DNA of 55,499 bases, filler included, from Dimargaris cristalligena (lineage: Eukaryota), in NCBI GenBank assembly GCA_003614675.1. It is 4 parts of 4 records of this genome, joined end to end, with 100 filler letters (N's around TTAATTAATTAA, not from the genome) between each part and the next. Parts side by side here need not be neighbours in the genome. Positions count along the whole stretch, not along the records: positions 13,933 to 27,747 come from ML002977.1; positions 27,848 to 41,633 come from ML002978.1; 2 more parts are not named here. One strand, 5' to 3'. The notes under the pieces are model-generated. The model searched no databases, was not told where the DNA came from, and saw nothing but the letters and a program-made list of their open reading frames with translations. Every line of letters begins with the position of its first letter. Positions within the stretch are counted from its first letter, which is position 1. Made by a program: the position numbers and the translations under genes. Shown in pieces: positions 22,828 through 35,757 of the stretch.

Positions 22828-25800
22828 GCGTACCAAAGTCACGGGCAAGCCCGGCCAACCCAACCGGAGAAGTACCATTGGCGGGAAGGGGGAGGAGTAG
22901 GGAGGGCTTTTACCCGAACGCTAATATAGCCTCACCATCAACTCATTGAATGCTCGTTGGCCGCGTGATGACCCCCCAAATTTCCCACCCTTACCCACAC
23001 GAACCCATACCTCCCAACCCCAACCCCGAAAAATCGATCCGCCCCTCTCGTCCTCTCTTTATTTCATTCCACATAAGCCTAGATTAGAAGCCAACGAAGG
23101 CCTATTGGACCATAACCCTTCTCCCCTGGTATTTCCTCTCCCCCCTAATCCGCATAAACTAGCGAATGTGTGATACAATTCAAGGAACAAAGCTTGGGGA
23201 TTTTGGTCAGAAACCGCCCAATTGAATTATCACTTCGAACCGGCCGGGCCAACCGTTCAACCACCGCGTTTCGCATGCGTCACAGACTCTATCTCCGGGG
23301 TATCGCCCCACCTCTTCCATTGCTCGCCTTACAATGTTCTTCCCCTCAGCACCATCCCCCTAGTTTTTAACTCCATTTTTTTACCCGGTGACTCGAGATC
23401 TTCCACTTAGATATAGTCACATATGCCCCTAATAATATGAATAAAATTCTTCTCAATCATTACTCCCCTCCCTTTGTTTAGGCCTCATGAACCCTAGGAT
23501 GGGGTTTGAGAACCGCCAGGGTAAGGCCATTCTCAACGATATTATAGGCAAATCGGTCGCCATCCCAGAATGGCCCACTAGTTATTACTCGAAGTATTCC
23601 AGTAAATTATTAGGAATATAATAACTAACATCCCTGTCGGCTCGATTATGGTGTTTTGGTAGAACTTAACGCAACCATAAACTAAAACTACTAACCTTAG
23701 ATCGACACTGGATGGATCAGTAACAGCTTTGTTGGAAACCAATAAACCTCTGGTTAAAAAAATCGAAATTAGTCGAGACGATTCTTGTCCGGACTTCAGA
23801 CAGGGACAAATTGGGCAACTGGGGATCATGCTTAGATATTACTGGTACATGGCAGACTGGGTACAGCGAGTAAGTTTGGGACAAGTAGCAACGCGAACAA
23901 GATTTCACCAGGTGTCGGGGAAACACCAATAGTAAAATCAGATGATGAAAAGTCACTTGCCTTTATTGGGAGAATACTCGCAAAGTATTTAAAGGAACTT
24001 TAGGACTATGGCAAATATCAGTATTGTGATCTGGTGGTACTTTGTGCCCATCTTGTCATTGGGCGAGGACAGGTGCTGCTATGGTACCACAAAGTACAGC
24101 CGGGCGGCAATGTAACGTGAAGATAACGAACCAGGAATACTGATGAAATGATGAATGTCGGTGGTGCTGACAGCGCTGGGGCACTAGGGCTGGCGATACG
24201 CCCCATCCTTCTATAACTAAATAGTCGCCCCAAAATAATAATGTATGAAGGATGACTGGTCCGGGTCGCCAAAGCACCAGTCTGCATGGAAGGACGAAGC
24301 CCTACTTCCGATGGCGGTCATCTTTTCCAAAACTACTATAGGTTGGCCGGGTTATGCCTGTAAGGTTTACGCAGGCCCGGCCACCACAATTTTCTAATCA
24401 GCCATTGGCACAATCATTAATTGGTGGTCGTTTCCAAGACCCCTTCACACCCCGAGTATTCCATGGGTAGTGCCCAGATTCACCTCCGCCCCCTTTCATT
24501 TAAGAATGAACGTCGCAATAAAAGTACGCTTATCCAATGGCTGTGATAGCCAGCGCCAATTTTGGAAAACAACACCCTAAGTTTGTAAAGATGAGGCCCC
24601 GGTAAAGGGAGAAAGGAATTAAAACGGATGTTAACCTGCGTCGATAAGCGATGAGACTCTAATCGGGCATTTTCAATTCGGATAGTGTAGCGGGTCTATT
24701 AATACATTCCATCATATAGCCCAGTGGATTAGTGTTTACATTTGGTGTATTCAAGGTTTATAGCGGGGTTTAAAATACGTCCAGATACCATGAGGGGACT
24801 CAATTGCTAAGGCACAGGTACGTATATCAACCATATGAAAGCGCTGATGGCTGTCGGCGAGAGTGACCTGATCCTAGAGTAAATTTACACAGACGGGTGA
24901 TGATTCGCGCTTAAGTAACAGCCAAAGAGGGTTATTATAGACTATATGGAAGTGGCACTACTAGGTGAGAGAATTTTGGTGACCAGACGCCAGCCAAGAA
25001 GTACAATCCGGAAATATTACCTTATATGCTGATTTCACAGGATACAAATTGCAAAAGAATCACTGGGCACTGGTTTCGGAAAATTTAAAGACATGGAAAA
25101 ATAGACACTACCCAACCGTTTAGGGTTAAATATACCCACTATAAGAGAAACCAGACGTGAGAATTCCTAGAGACAGGGAAAACAATACCATTCCTACTTG
25201 CCATAGATATTGATCCCAGTCCGAGGCATCCCATTAGAATGGGGTTGTATATGTAGTCACCCTCATCAATTAGGTTCAATGCTGTTAAGCAACATTAATC
25301 ACACGATACAATATTTTTGGGACTAGGCGGTCCTTGTTTAACTAACCAGCCGGATAATTAAAAGGGGAAGGGCAAGTACTTCTACCCGCCAGTGCCAGTC
25401 GAGGGAGGGAGTAGTTAGAATAATTTAGCATGGTAATATTGGGGGTCTAAGGTGTCAAGGAGATATTTTTAGCAGAGAAATGGTTGCAATTTTCAGGACT
25501 CTAGAAATCGGAGTAGTGCGTTCGAATGGATAATATAGGGGTTAATACGTAACCAAATGAAAATACCATTAGGATCATAAGCTGGACTCACAAGTGAATC
25601 GGTCCGCCCTTAAATCTGGATCAGTCACACCCACCATTTCGGTATTCTATCGTTAGTTCACAGGATACATATACACTCAATAATGCCAATTCATGGCTGA
25701 ATTCTTATTAATGAGCATCACAAAGTATGGCTTTCCGTAAATATCTTAATAGGGTAGGTTATTTCCAACGATCCCAATGGCCCACCCGCACCTCACCGGA

Positions 25801-26552
25801 GCCGGCATGACTCTGTTCGCCTTTTGTTTGACTATACTCAACCAGAAATAGCAAAGTTTTTAATACTGGCCAAATTTAAACTGTGTAAAATACAAAATTA
25901 GCCGTATACCACCTCCCATCCAAATTCGATTTAAATATCAAACGGTTCCTCTCTGCTATTTAGTGAGATAGCTTAATCTAGGACGAGTTCCGGGCGAGAC
26001 ATCTAGCCTAGCCGGGCTCAATTGCACATTGCTCCAAGTAGATATATTAGTGATTAATATTTAGCAGTATTGTTTCTTGGGATGTGCTTCCATTGTTTAG
26101 TCAGATGTCATTTCAGTTGTTAAACAATACATTTCGGTCATTACCACGGTAGACATTGGGGTATCGTTTTGGGGAGATTCCTAAGACCATGTGAGCCTCC
26201 TGGCAACTGTTTTTTGACAAACGGACGTAAAATAAGAGTAAAACAGTATTAAAGTTATTGTAAGAAATTTTTTTGGGAAATTGATCTTATTTGTGGAAAA
26301 CAGTTTAGAGTAAAGAAAATGGGTGGCTGTTCAGTGAACCACAGGGATAGGGATCAGGGTTATCCAATAAGTATATATATCAAAGGTCATGAGGGGAGTA
26401 TTTGCTAGCAAACAAAGGCTGTTATGTTCAGCCAATGCAAACCATACATTGGTTGGACATCTGTATATCCCATAGGCACAAAGACAGTGCCGAGTTGCCT
26501 TGGAGGGTGGGCTGGTGTAGAACACCAGAGGGTAAAGGCCCAAAAGAGACAT

Positions 26553-27129
26553 GGTTGTCCAGTAAACAATGCCGGGCTATAATGTCTTCTGAAGACTTCC
26601 AATGGTAGGTGGGGCTTAGACTTGGCCAAGTGGGCTACTAGCATTAGGACAGGAGTGTAGTACTAACCAATAAATGATAGATGTAGGTAAATGCCAGGGA
26701 TGTGCAGCAGGCACACTTTCTAGTTAGCATAAGGTGGGATGAGTATATATAGAGTTTATTAGGGTAAACTGGGGGATATGAATAAGCTAAGGTTTAAACC
26801 AGTCCCAGGAGGGCCTGGTTATATATATATAGGGACGGCTCCAGAGGGAGGTCCCAAGGGAAATACAACTAAGACTAAGGTGCAGATAGGTAAAGAGTCT
26901 GACCAGACAGCTTCACATTGGGAAGACTCTCATGGGAACTGGAAGAGTCTTGGATCAGCAAGTTGAGTGTTTGGGGTGCAAAGTGTTGGGGTCAAGTGGG
27001 TGGGGTTATATAATAAAAGGTAACCCATAGTACCAGGGGTGACTATGGGAGGGTTAATATGGTACTATAAGGCCTAATAAGGATGGGCAATCATTAGGAC
27101 TGGATTAAGTGAGATTAGGAAGGCCAACA
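26553..27129. mobile_element. Solo LTR, copy A (~577 bp; opposite orientation to copies B and C)
   Basis: Colinear with the reverse complements of 42395-42975 and 54160-54742. Termini are (G)GTTG...CAACA. Flanks GACAT/GATAT look like a 5-bp TSD with one C>T change. A TATATATA box lies internally. Confidence 0.78.
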
Positions 27130-27747
27130 GATATCCATAATAGTACTTTTATAGGACAATAGCTATGGACAATATGAAGTTAGTACATGTGTCTAATACA
27201 GTAGAATGGGGGGGAGGGGGTATATACCTAGTGTTCTGGTAGGTTTGAGTGCCACTTCCTGATAATGTGCTGGTGCTACTATAACATGGTTACTCCCAGT
27301 TAGTACCCTTGTAATATTGTTGGGGGGTCTGATGGCCATAGGTAGAGTAGGCGCCTGTGGTGGCCTAGTTGAACCCCTGGTGATGCAATATAAATATCCA
27401 AACTGATTGTCCCCCTGGGGTCTCTAAATTTAAAATATATGAAATAATCCTAAATTAGATAGTTTCCTAGCTATTATTATCTAACTGCAGATATAAGTTC
27501 TAATCAGTTTTTTTAAATAATTTATTGTAAGCTCTCTTAATATCTCTATACCAGATAAAACTATCTAACTAAGGCTTAATATTATAGAAGGGGCACTACT
27601 AAGAGTGGTAGAGAGAAGTTGAGATTCTATACTATGAAATAGGGGAGTTTTGGTCTGGCTGTGGTGAACTTACCACATTTTTTACCTACTTTTATTTTTA
27701 TCTATTTTTCGCACTTATCGGAAGTATGCCCCTGACGAGTGATTGAG

Positions 27748-27847
27748 NNNNNNNNNNNNNNNNNNNNNNNNNNNNNNNNNNNNNNNNNNNNTTAATTAAT
27801 TAANNNNNNNNNNNNNNNNNNNNNNNNNNNNNNNNNNNNNNNNNNNN
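27748..27847. other. Artificial contig spacer
   Basis: N44-TTAATTAATTAA-N44. Confidence 0.97.
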
Positions 27848-29119
27848 GTATTTTGCGAGGCCGTGCCTAAAACCGCCGAAGTAAGTTTCCTGCTGCTTTT
27901 CTTGGACCATGATTCACCAAACTGAAGATTCCATGTTGGAACATGCTTACGTGCCTAGTCAGTAGTTTTGCGGTCTAACCATGCCATATGCCCATTGAAT
28001 TTATTGTAATGCTGATCTATTCCAACATGTATTAAATTTAGAACTTCCTCGCCCTATGTGCCAGTGGCTATTACAATGGTAGCAAATTCCATCGGTAGGT
28101 TTATTATATGTAAAAGTTGACTATTACCTGAGCTATTTAGTCCAACCCCCCCCCCCGTCCCCCGCCTAAGGCGTAAACACTAATTGTATATCTATGAATG
28201 TTGCGGATGTCTCTCGGGTCGAATAGAAATATAAAGGATTTTATGCTACAGGTAAGTGTACCAATAACACTAGTGATCCGAAGGGCGAACTTAGACCCCT
28301 ACCCTTAAGTTTACCCACTTTACCTTAGATTACTAACCGGCTCGGTAAACTAAATTGGTGCTTTACTGGCGACTTGTTCTAACAGACTGGCGATCCAACC
28401 GGAACTGGCAAGGGCGGAAACTCCATTTGGGGCCATAAATTCGAGGATGAAATCCGGGCTTCTCTGAAAGTAAGTTCAGCATTTTAATGTGATTAATTGG
28501 TAATTGCCTATTGTGTAGAGGTTCCAAGGAATGTTTATAATGATAAATTGCGGACTAATCGAGTCTACGTTTCAACGTGCTAGACATCGATCATCTCTCA
28601 CCTGATATACTAGCGTCCTTGTGATATTAATCACCTTTTCCATCAACCCCCCCTCCCACCTCTCTGCTTTGAATCTGCCATGTTTTAAAGCACAATGCCC
28701 GTGGGATTGTGAGTATGGCCAACTCCGGGCCTGATACCAACGGATCCCAGTTCTTCATTATCTATAGCAAGCAGAGTCATTTGGACACCAAGTACACCGT
28801 CTTTGGCAAGTAAGTGGTACACTAAAAGTGGCAGGCTTTTTATGAGATGGTGTATCCGAATAGCATGTATGTGTATATGGAGTAAACGGCTCTACCCACA
28901 CATGGCCTTGGGTTTGAGATGTACTCGTGTATCTGCAATTCTGACATGATATTCCCTTTGTTATGTTCATTTTTATCAATATTTTATGACAGAGTCATTG
29001 ATGGCGTCGACACCACTCTGGACGCCTTCGAGAAGCTACCAGTCGACGAAAAGAACCGCCCTATCAAAGAAGTTCGCATCCGGTCGGTCACAATTCACGC
29101 CAATCCGCTAGCGGAATGA
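27848..29119 (+). CDS. PPIL3: Cyclophilin PPIL3/Cyp10-type peptidyl-prolyl isomerase, 5'-truncated at the contig edge; exons 27848-27880, 28042-28094, 28227-28251, 28386-28469, 28691-28809, 28993-29119
   Basis: Spliced: [84 protein letters not shown]...[14 protein letters not shown]...[10 protein letters not shown]. All five introns are GT-AG and phase-consistent. The C-terminal IHANP is typical of PPIL3. Confidence 0.93.
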
Positions 29120-29819
29120 TTATACAATCCTCCCCCCCTATTTTTTAACCACCATATACCCTACATCACGTTTCTTATTGAAAGGGATATGGATTTGATG
29201 AACAGATAAAATATAGCAATCCGGAGTTGGTTCCTAGATTAGTATACCCATTATAAAGAGCAGGAAAAAGGACTGGGATGTGGCGGATAATCGAGATATT
29301 GACGTATAGCAGAATGAAACACATGCGATCATAACGTAGAATAGATTGCGCCAGAATAAAATGAACCGCACCCAACAAGATAAAGCACCATATAATACTT
29401 TGACGGAAATGCAAAGTATGCTGTGGTTAGATAAATAGATTCCATGCACGAAAGAAAGAGTGGAATAACCATGAAAAAATAGAAGAAAATGGGAGAGGTA
29501 TTAGAGGCAGATATAACTAAATATTAAAATAATTGCATTTTTAGAACCATATGAGGAATCGTAAGGGTGGCGTTATTGGTTATTTTTAACCGAAACGCTA
29601 TTTCCGGCAGAGCTTGTCAATAATTTATAGGACAGGGGTTAGGAGATGGGGGGCTTCAGTGAAAATAATCGATGAATTTGTGTAAAGCCACTTCTTGTCA
29701 GCTTCAACCTCCAAAAATAAGAATAAAAACCTCCCAATATCTGCCCCCGCTCCATGCTGTGGCCTATATGTGAGTGAGTGCACTTGCTCAATCACTCCCA
29801 CACGCACACCATGGCAAGT

Positions 29820-32800
29820 TTACCACGACAGAGCTTGGAAGGGTCGGATGGGTTTGGCATTTTCCAATTCGAGCGCAAAGACCAAATACTCATTAGCCAG
29901 TTGAACCTTACCCTCCCCCAGGGTAGTCTGGGCCAGTAATGTCCAGGCTTCGGCCACATCCCATCCGGTACCCCGGGTTACTTCCTGGAGGAGACCCGTC
30001 GCGATAGCGGCCTTGTTAAGTCGCATGTAAGCCCGGGCCAAGTGGACGCGGGTCGGGATATCCTGGGGTCCGAGGGCCACCCCGGTTAGGAAATGCCGAA
30101 TGGCCGCGACGTTTTGGTGGCTCGGGTCCCGCCGCTTCGATTTATCGCCCCCTCCACTATTATTACCACCGCCATTACCATTTAAGTTGGGTTCGGTCGA
30201 GTCAGCATGTTCGCTTAACCAAGGGGCAGCGTTCGACGAGCCTGTGGTAGCGTGGCCTGCTCCGCAAGTACCCGAGTGGGAGTCACCGCCAAAGGCGTGG
30301 GCATCATTGCTACCACCGCCATCGTCGTATTCCTCGTTTTCGTAGGCCACCATCAATAAACCATACTGGCACCATACGGCCGGATAATCGGGGTACACGT
30401 TTTCGGCCTCCCCAATCGCCGCCTGGGCGTCTTTCATACGGCCCAGTCGACGGAACACCGCCGCCGAAATTAACCATAAATCGGCCAGGGTTTTACGGGC
30501 CCGTTGGCGCCGGAGGGTCGTTTTGTAGAGCTCTTTGGTGGTATCGGATCGGCTTCCAGTACCACCACCGGTTCGGGTACCAGTCCCCGTTCCCGGTGCC
30601 GTTCCAACAACAGTCCCGGCTGCGGTTCCGGTACCCGTGCCATCGCCCGATCGGGATTTACCATCTTGGGAACCCGAATTAGGGGGTTCCCCAGATTCGC
30701 TCTTCTCTCCGCCAGAGGTGGGTGGAAGCAGGGGAACGACACCCGCACTACTCGAGGGGCGACCGCTCGCCGTAGTGGCGGATACCAAATGGTTGGTATT
30801 GACACTACCACCGGTGTACCCGCTACCCACGACTACGGCACTTTGGTTATGCTGAAGCCAAGGGGACCCCGTCGACGCGCTGGGGCGATGTCCCGGCGGC
30901 AGGGCGTAGGAATTGACGGAGACGCTACTTTGAAAATTAATCCGCGGTAAATCCCGAATGGTGCCATTGAAGCGGGTCGCCGCCCCCGAGGCGTCTTTAC
31001 CCGAGGCTTTACCGACACTGCCCGTCGCCATACCACCATGGCCACCACCACTTCCGCTCCCTTCGGCCCCGCCCGCGGTGGGCGGCACGGCTAGCGAATT
31101 ACGGCGCTTACCCCGCACCTTGTCCCGGGCCATTTTAGCCAGTAGGCGGCCTTCGGAGGTGGCCATGTGCACCGTGCGAGTGGATCGGCTGATCAGGGCT
31201 CGGGCCCCCCGATGACTGGTGCTGCGGTGGCGACTCAGGTCGGGAGCCGACAGGACGTCGTCCGGGGGTCCCCGGTCGATGAGATCGTGGGAGGGACTAC
31301 CTGGGGAGGCCGCAAAGCCGGCCAGGAGCGGCCGGTGGGTCAGGGTCATACTAATCAGGGCGGTATGATTTTGCGGGTGGCTTCCGGCTTCTTGGCCGTA
31401 AATGCGGCCGTAGAGGGAGAACAAAATGCTATGTAGCTGCACAGCACTCTGGGGACCGTGCAGCAGTTCGTAAATGAGGCACTGGGTAATCTTGAGACTC
31501 AGGTAGGCCTCCCCATCCTCGGGACTGTGGTTGAAATTGGCCAAGGCGTTAAGGGTCACGGGCCCATTGTCGACATGGCTCAGCACGGCCTGTTGAATCT
31601 CGGCATCAATATCACACCACTCGGACTCGCGGCAACCCACCTCGCAGATCTTCAGCGCCCGGTGGTAGTCCTTCTGCGACGAAATGAGGAGGGCCAGGAG
31701 GTTCCAGGCGTTGAGGTGGTCGGGCCGTAGCCCAATGGCCTGTTTGACAGTCAGGACTGCCTGTTCGGTGTTTCGGCTGACGGCATACTGGAGCGCATAG
31801 TGGTAGTGGATTTCGGCATCACTTGAGTCCAGGTCAATGGCCTTCCGGTAGGACTGCAGCGCCAACTCCTGGTATTTGGCCCGTTTTTCGGGATCTTCGG
31901 CCCGAAGACAAATCTGCGAGGCCGAGACCCCCATCTGATGATGGACTTGGGCCAGGAGTCGACCCGGTAGGTTGGAGCCGGGCTCTTTGCTCAGCGCCAG
32001 CGCGGCCTCGATGATATCATGCGAGTCCCGGAACTTATCCAGGTATGTATTAAGCATATGGGCGCCCACCACGAGGGTCTGTACCATATCGGATACCGAT
32101 TCCTGTTCCACTTCTGGGAGAGGAGCGGGACGCCCCCCTGTGCCCGTGCGCTGGGAGTAGACGGAGTTCCGGGCCCCGCGCTGACCCCGCAGAAGGGAAC
32201 TCCGACGTTCGGGCACGACCGGTTCAACGGTGAGTTGGGTCATATCGGTGGCCAGTCGATCCGCCGCCTCCGGGGCCGATGAATCACCACCACTTTTGTC
32301 CGCCGTACCACTGACCCGCTTCTGTTCCAAATAGCGTTTACATTCCCCCCAGTAGGCATGGAGGGCGAGTTCGGCTTCGAGATAGTCCCCGTAGCGAATT
32401 AACGAATGTACCAGGTGTCGGTAAACGTGGAGGGAATTGTAGGTGTAGCGCGACATGCGGTAGAGCATTTGGACGAGGGTGTGCATATCGGTGCGGGAAT
32501 CGGCCCCCATGGCTTCCCAGTCTTTGACGGCCTGATCCACCATATCAATGATGGGCATGTAGGTTTCGTGGGCCTGGGGAAAGCGGTACACGACGGCCAG
32601 CAGGGCCTCGTACCTTTGGTACAGGGTCACCAGCTCGTTTTTATAGGTGGTCGGGTAGAAGACCACGGTATTAGGGGTATTGACCGACGTGGTGGATGGG
32701 CGGCCGTTGGGTAGGGGCTGGGTGGCCGAAGCGGGCAGATACTGCCCGGAGCGGTAAGCATCCGACAGGGTACGGATCAGCTGGGTAATGAGTACGATCC

Positions 32801-33842
32801 GGCAGTGGGCCTGGAAATTGGTCGGCCACTCCTGCGACTGCTGGATGTAGGCCCGGCAGGCGACGATACCGGGTTCTTTGATGGGTTGGCTCAGCCGGAG
32901 CAGGCAGCAACGGTACAGGGCCTCGTGGTACCAGTACAGCAGCTCGTGCACTGCGCTAGGGTTCTGAATAGTACGGTAGAAATTGAGGGCCTTTTCGTAT
33001 AGGGCCAGGGCGACGGCTCGGTCGGAGGCTTCGGCACAAATGCCGAGCAGGGTAAACCGCTGCAGGGTCAATACCCGGGTGTACTCGGGGGCGACGGAGC
33101 TTTTCAGGAACTCGGGCACGGTGGTTAAAACGGAGCAGCACTTACCCTCCTGACCGGTGTAAAAGTAGGTGAGGGCCATGAGCATTTTATACTGGTTGTT
33201 CAGGCACTCGTGGCGTTTGGCCTGGGCCTTGACTTTGGACAGCACACTCTGGATTTCAGCCACGTCGGGGAAGAAGGCGGGGTGCAGCATCGGCTTGGGG
33301 GGGCAGTAGGAAGGTTGCAAAGCGTCCCAGGCGGTGCCCTGGCGGACGTAGGCCTTGGGGTCCTCAAAAGGTACTCCTCCGGCGGGCAAGGCCCAGCTGC
33401 GTCGCGGAACAGCCGCGTCGAGAAGTGAAAAGGCCGTGGACGTCCGGGGGGGCACGTCGGCCGAGGGTCTGACCCCCCCGGTGGGAAGCACGGACTCGGA
33501 ACTCGGCGTCTCGGAATGCTGGCCGGCGTGGGAGGGCAAACAGCCCACTGACTCGCTAAAGTGGGGGGCACAGCCGATGGGGGGACCGTCGGTTGGGGGG
33601 GTGGCAATAGTGGTGGGGGAAGTGGGAGGGAATGCGGACCGGGGGGCCTTGAAACCGGAACTGTCGACCAATTGGTTGAGGCGGTGTTCGCACAGCAGAA
33701 TGGTCTGGTAGAGCTCGCCCTCCTCCTGGTTGGGGCAGTGCTTGAGGTAGCGACGGGCTAACTCGGGGAGGTTGGCGGTTTTCCGGTAACACCGGGCCAG
33801 GTCCGCATCGTGCTGAATCTGGAGAAACTTGGTGGAGGCCAT
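29820..33842 (-). CDS. YPP1: TPR-repeat protein Ypp1/TTC7 (scaffold of the Stt4/PI4KIIIalpha complex), ~1340 aa
   Basis: First ATG at 33842 gives MASTKFLQIQHDADLARC...LPELARRY.KH. TPR segments include 'AWNLLALLISSQKDY' and 'LADLWLISAAVFRRLG...AIGEAE'. The C-terminus 'EAWTLLA...ALELENAKPIRPF' is characteristic of TTC7/Ypp1. Confidence 0.85.
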   Translation of the reverse strand: MASTKFLQIQHDADLARCYRKTANLPELARRYLKHCPNQEEGELYQTILLCEHRLNQLVDSSGFKAPRSAFPPTSPTTIATPPTDGPPIGCAPHFSESVGCLPSHAGQHSETPSSESVLPTGGVRPSADVPPRTSTAFSLLDAAVPRRSWALPAGGVPFEDPKAYVRQGTAWDALQPSYCPPKPMLHPAFFPDVAEIQSVLSKVKAQAKRHECLNNQYKMLMALTYFYTGQEGKCCSVLTTVPEFLKSSVAPEYTRVLTLQRFTLLGICAEASDRAVALALYEKALNFYRTIQNPSAVHELLYWYHEALYRCCLLRLSQPIKEPGIVACRAYIQQSQEWPTNFQAHCRIVLITQLIRTLSDAYRSGQYLPASATQPLPNGRPSTTSVNTPNTVVFYPTTYKNELVTLYQRYEALLAVVYRFPQAHETYMPIIDMVDQAVKDWEAMGADSRTDMHTLVQMLYRMSRYTYNSLHVYRHLVHSLIRYGDYLEAELALHAYWGECKRYLEQKRVSGTADKSGGDSSAPEAADRLATDMTQLTVEPVVPERRSSLLRGQRGARNSVYSQRTGTGGRPAPLPEVEQESVSDMVQTLVVGAHMLNTYLDKFRDSHDIIEAALALSKEPGSNLPGRLLAQVHHQMGVSASQICLRAEDPEKRAKYQELALQSYRKAIDLDSSDAEIHYHYALQYAVSRNTEQAVLTVKQAIGLRPDHLNAWNLLALLISSQKDYHRALKICEVGCRESEWCDIDAEIQQAVLSHVDNGPVTLNALANFNHSPEDGEAYLSLKITQCLIYELLHGPQSAVQLHSILFSLYGRIYGQEAGSHPQNHTALISMTLTHRPLLAGFAASPGSPSHDLIDRGPPDDVLSAPDLSRHRSTSHRGARALISRSTRTVHMATSEGRLLAKMARDKVRGKRRNSLAVPPTAGGAEGSGSGGGHGGMATGSVGKASGKDASGAATRFNGTIRDLPRINFQSSVSVNSYALPPGHRPSASTGSPWLQHNQSAVVVGSGYTGGSVNTNHLVSATTASGRPSSSAGVVPLLPPTSGGEKSESGEPPNSGSQDGKSRSGDGTGTGTAAGTVVGTAPGTGTGTRTGGGTGSRSDTTKELYKTTLRRQRARKTLADLWLISAAVFRRLGRMKDAQAAIGEAENVYPDYPAVWCQYGLLMVAYENEEYDDGGGSNDAHAFGGDSHSGTCGAGHATTGSSNAAPWLSEHADSTEPNLNGNGGGNNSGGGDKSKRRDPSHQNVAAIRHFLTGVALGPQDIPTRVHLARAYMRLNKAAIATGLLQEVTRGTGWDVAEAWTLLAQTTLGEGKVQLANEYLVFALELENAKPIRPFQALSW

Positions 33843-35757
33843 ACACAACACGGCGTGACTCCAATGGACTTGGCAGGGAATAGACACCGGAGGAATTAAG
33901 TGGGGAAACTAGAAAGAAAATAATGCCAAGAACGAATGGCTAAGGCGAATGAGAAGAGGAGATGCACTCAAGTAAAGCAGCGTGAACCACTTCACTACTA
34001 CTTTCTTATCCACGCTTTAGTAGGAGGCACAAGCGGATGGGTGTGGCTAGAAGAGGGGCCAGAGAGGCTTAGAGGAGAGACTATTTCTTGGAGCACCATC
34101 AATCAATCACCACCACCCACGCTAGCTTGTAGGCGCGAGTATCCTTGGGACAACAGGGCAGTATGGGCTGGCAATCAGTGCCACAGCCTAATAAGGCCCC
34201 TTCGGCCGGTGCTGGCCCGGACGATGCCGCTCTACCCCTGGAACAGCGTGTATAACGCGGGCCGTCTCGCCAGGGGGGTACTTATTGAGCCCGTTTATCG
34301 AGGAATATAGTGATGATAATGATAATAAGGTTTGGGCCCACCACCAAAAGAGTTCCGCGTATTTCCAGTGATATGGCGCCACATTTTTACGATCACTTTG
34401 AGGCAGAACTGTATTGTGGTGAAGTGAACACACAACAAGTCTTTTTATTTTGGGGGGGGGGGGTTTAAAGAAGGACGGATGCCCCAGGAAAAACGGTAAA
34501 TCGATTTTTCAAACAAATGGCCCCAATAGATGACGTTGTTTATCCATCACAAGGCCCAACAATGGGGTAATAAAGCAATGTCCCCATTTCACCTCGCTAA
34601 ATTGTATAGCCTCGATAAAGTAGCTGCTCTATGCCGCGGCAACGTTTCCTCAATGCATTTTGTTTGCCCCGTTCCTGAAACCTGGCAAACTAATGAACAG
34701 CGAGTAAACTACAGTGAAATAGTCGAGATGGCCCAAGTGACGTATGACAAAAGGAATTGCCAAATGAATAATATTGGCTAATTGGATTATTCAACAATTT
34801 TAGTGGACAAGGCTGTGTGCCCTTCGTCGGCCTGCTATTAATCTTGGAGAGTTTCTCTCTCCCTGGCTTCGGTTATCGCCTTGTAAATGAAGGCAGCAGG
34901 TTATAGAGATCACCCCCCACCTTCCAACTCTTCAATGGCCATATATATGTGTGTGTATACCTTGGGACTGAGTGGGCAGTTGCCAATACTATACGTGGTT
35001 TCCTTGAGTATCGATGCCAATCATTCAGCTGTATGCATTTCCTTGGAACATTCACTAGCTAGTTGTACATTACGGTTTACTGTTCCCTTCTTTCAGATAC
35101 CTTCAGTATAAACCTCGATCCTTTGGAGTTGGCCCGAGTCTACCATACCCCTATTTGACGGAGTTAAGTATAGCACATATGTGAGGGTGTCCAAGTATAT
35201 GGCAGCATACGAACTAAACTGAGCAAGATCGGTAAAATAGCCCGTCTTCTATTCTCCTAATAGTACTTAGAACAGCTACGAAGTGCGGCATGTTATCTAT
35301 TTCGTTCTTGGGGAAATTCATAGCCATGGATCTCCCGCCTAAATAGAGGCTCCCTTAGTCGAGTTTGGTATTGGTAAAATGATATTATAATGCTAATAGA
35401 CGGTGTCCGAGTTCTTAGGAATAATCTCGCCGGTGACCAGCACGAGTGAGGCGGGGCGACTGACTATTAGCTTTAATGGCTGCCAAGCGCACTGTGATTG
35501 TGACGTGCATTATTGGACCTCCCCCCTCTTCGAAGGGGGGGGCAGGAGAGCTGCCTTACTTACTCGCCAGGTCCTTCACCGTCTCTCTCACCCTGACATA
35601 CTTATAGGTATAACTTATACGCCTCGTCTCGTCTCGCCAAACCAACCAATTCCCTTCAAGCACATACTACCAGTATCATTCTCTCCACCACCACCGCATT
35701 TAACCTCGTATACACCTTCCACACACCTATCTACCCTATCCCCTTCCCTACATTGCC

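Noticed and set aside
23578-24290. Overlapping short ORFs with hydrophobic stretches (possible decayed membrane-protein gene)
   Set aside because: Frequent stops in all frames and no recognisable motif; no call can be supported.
30100-33864. Numerous overlapping or antisense ORFs within YPP1 (likewise in GAL1, the GRAM gene and VPS15)
   Set aside because: Expected shadow ORFs of GC-rich coding sequence; no independent protein motifs.
34900-35757. Gal4-type UAS (CGG-N11-CCG) or a GAL gene cluster around GAL1
   Set aside because: Only a CGG-N9-CCG was seen (near 35230), and no GAL7 or GAL10 neighbours lie on this contig.
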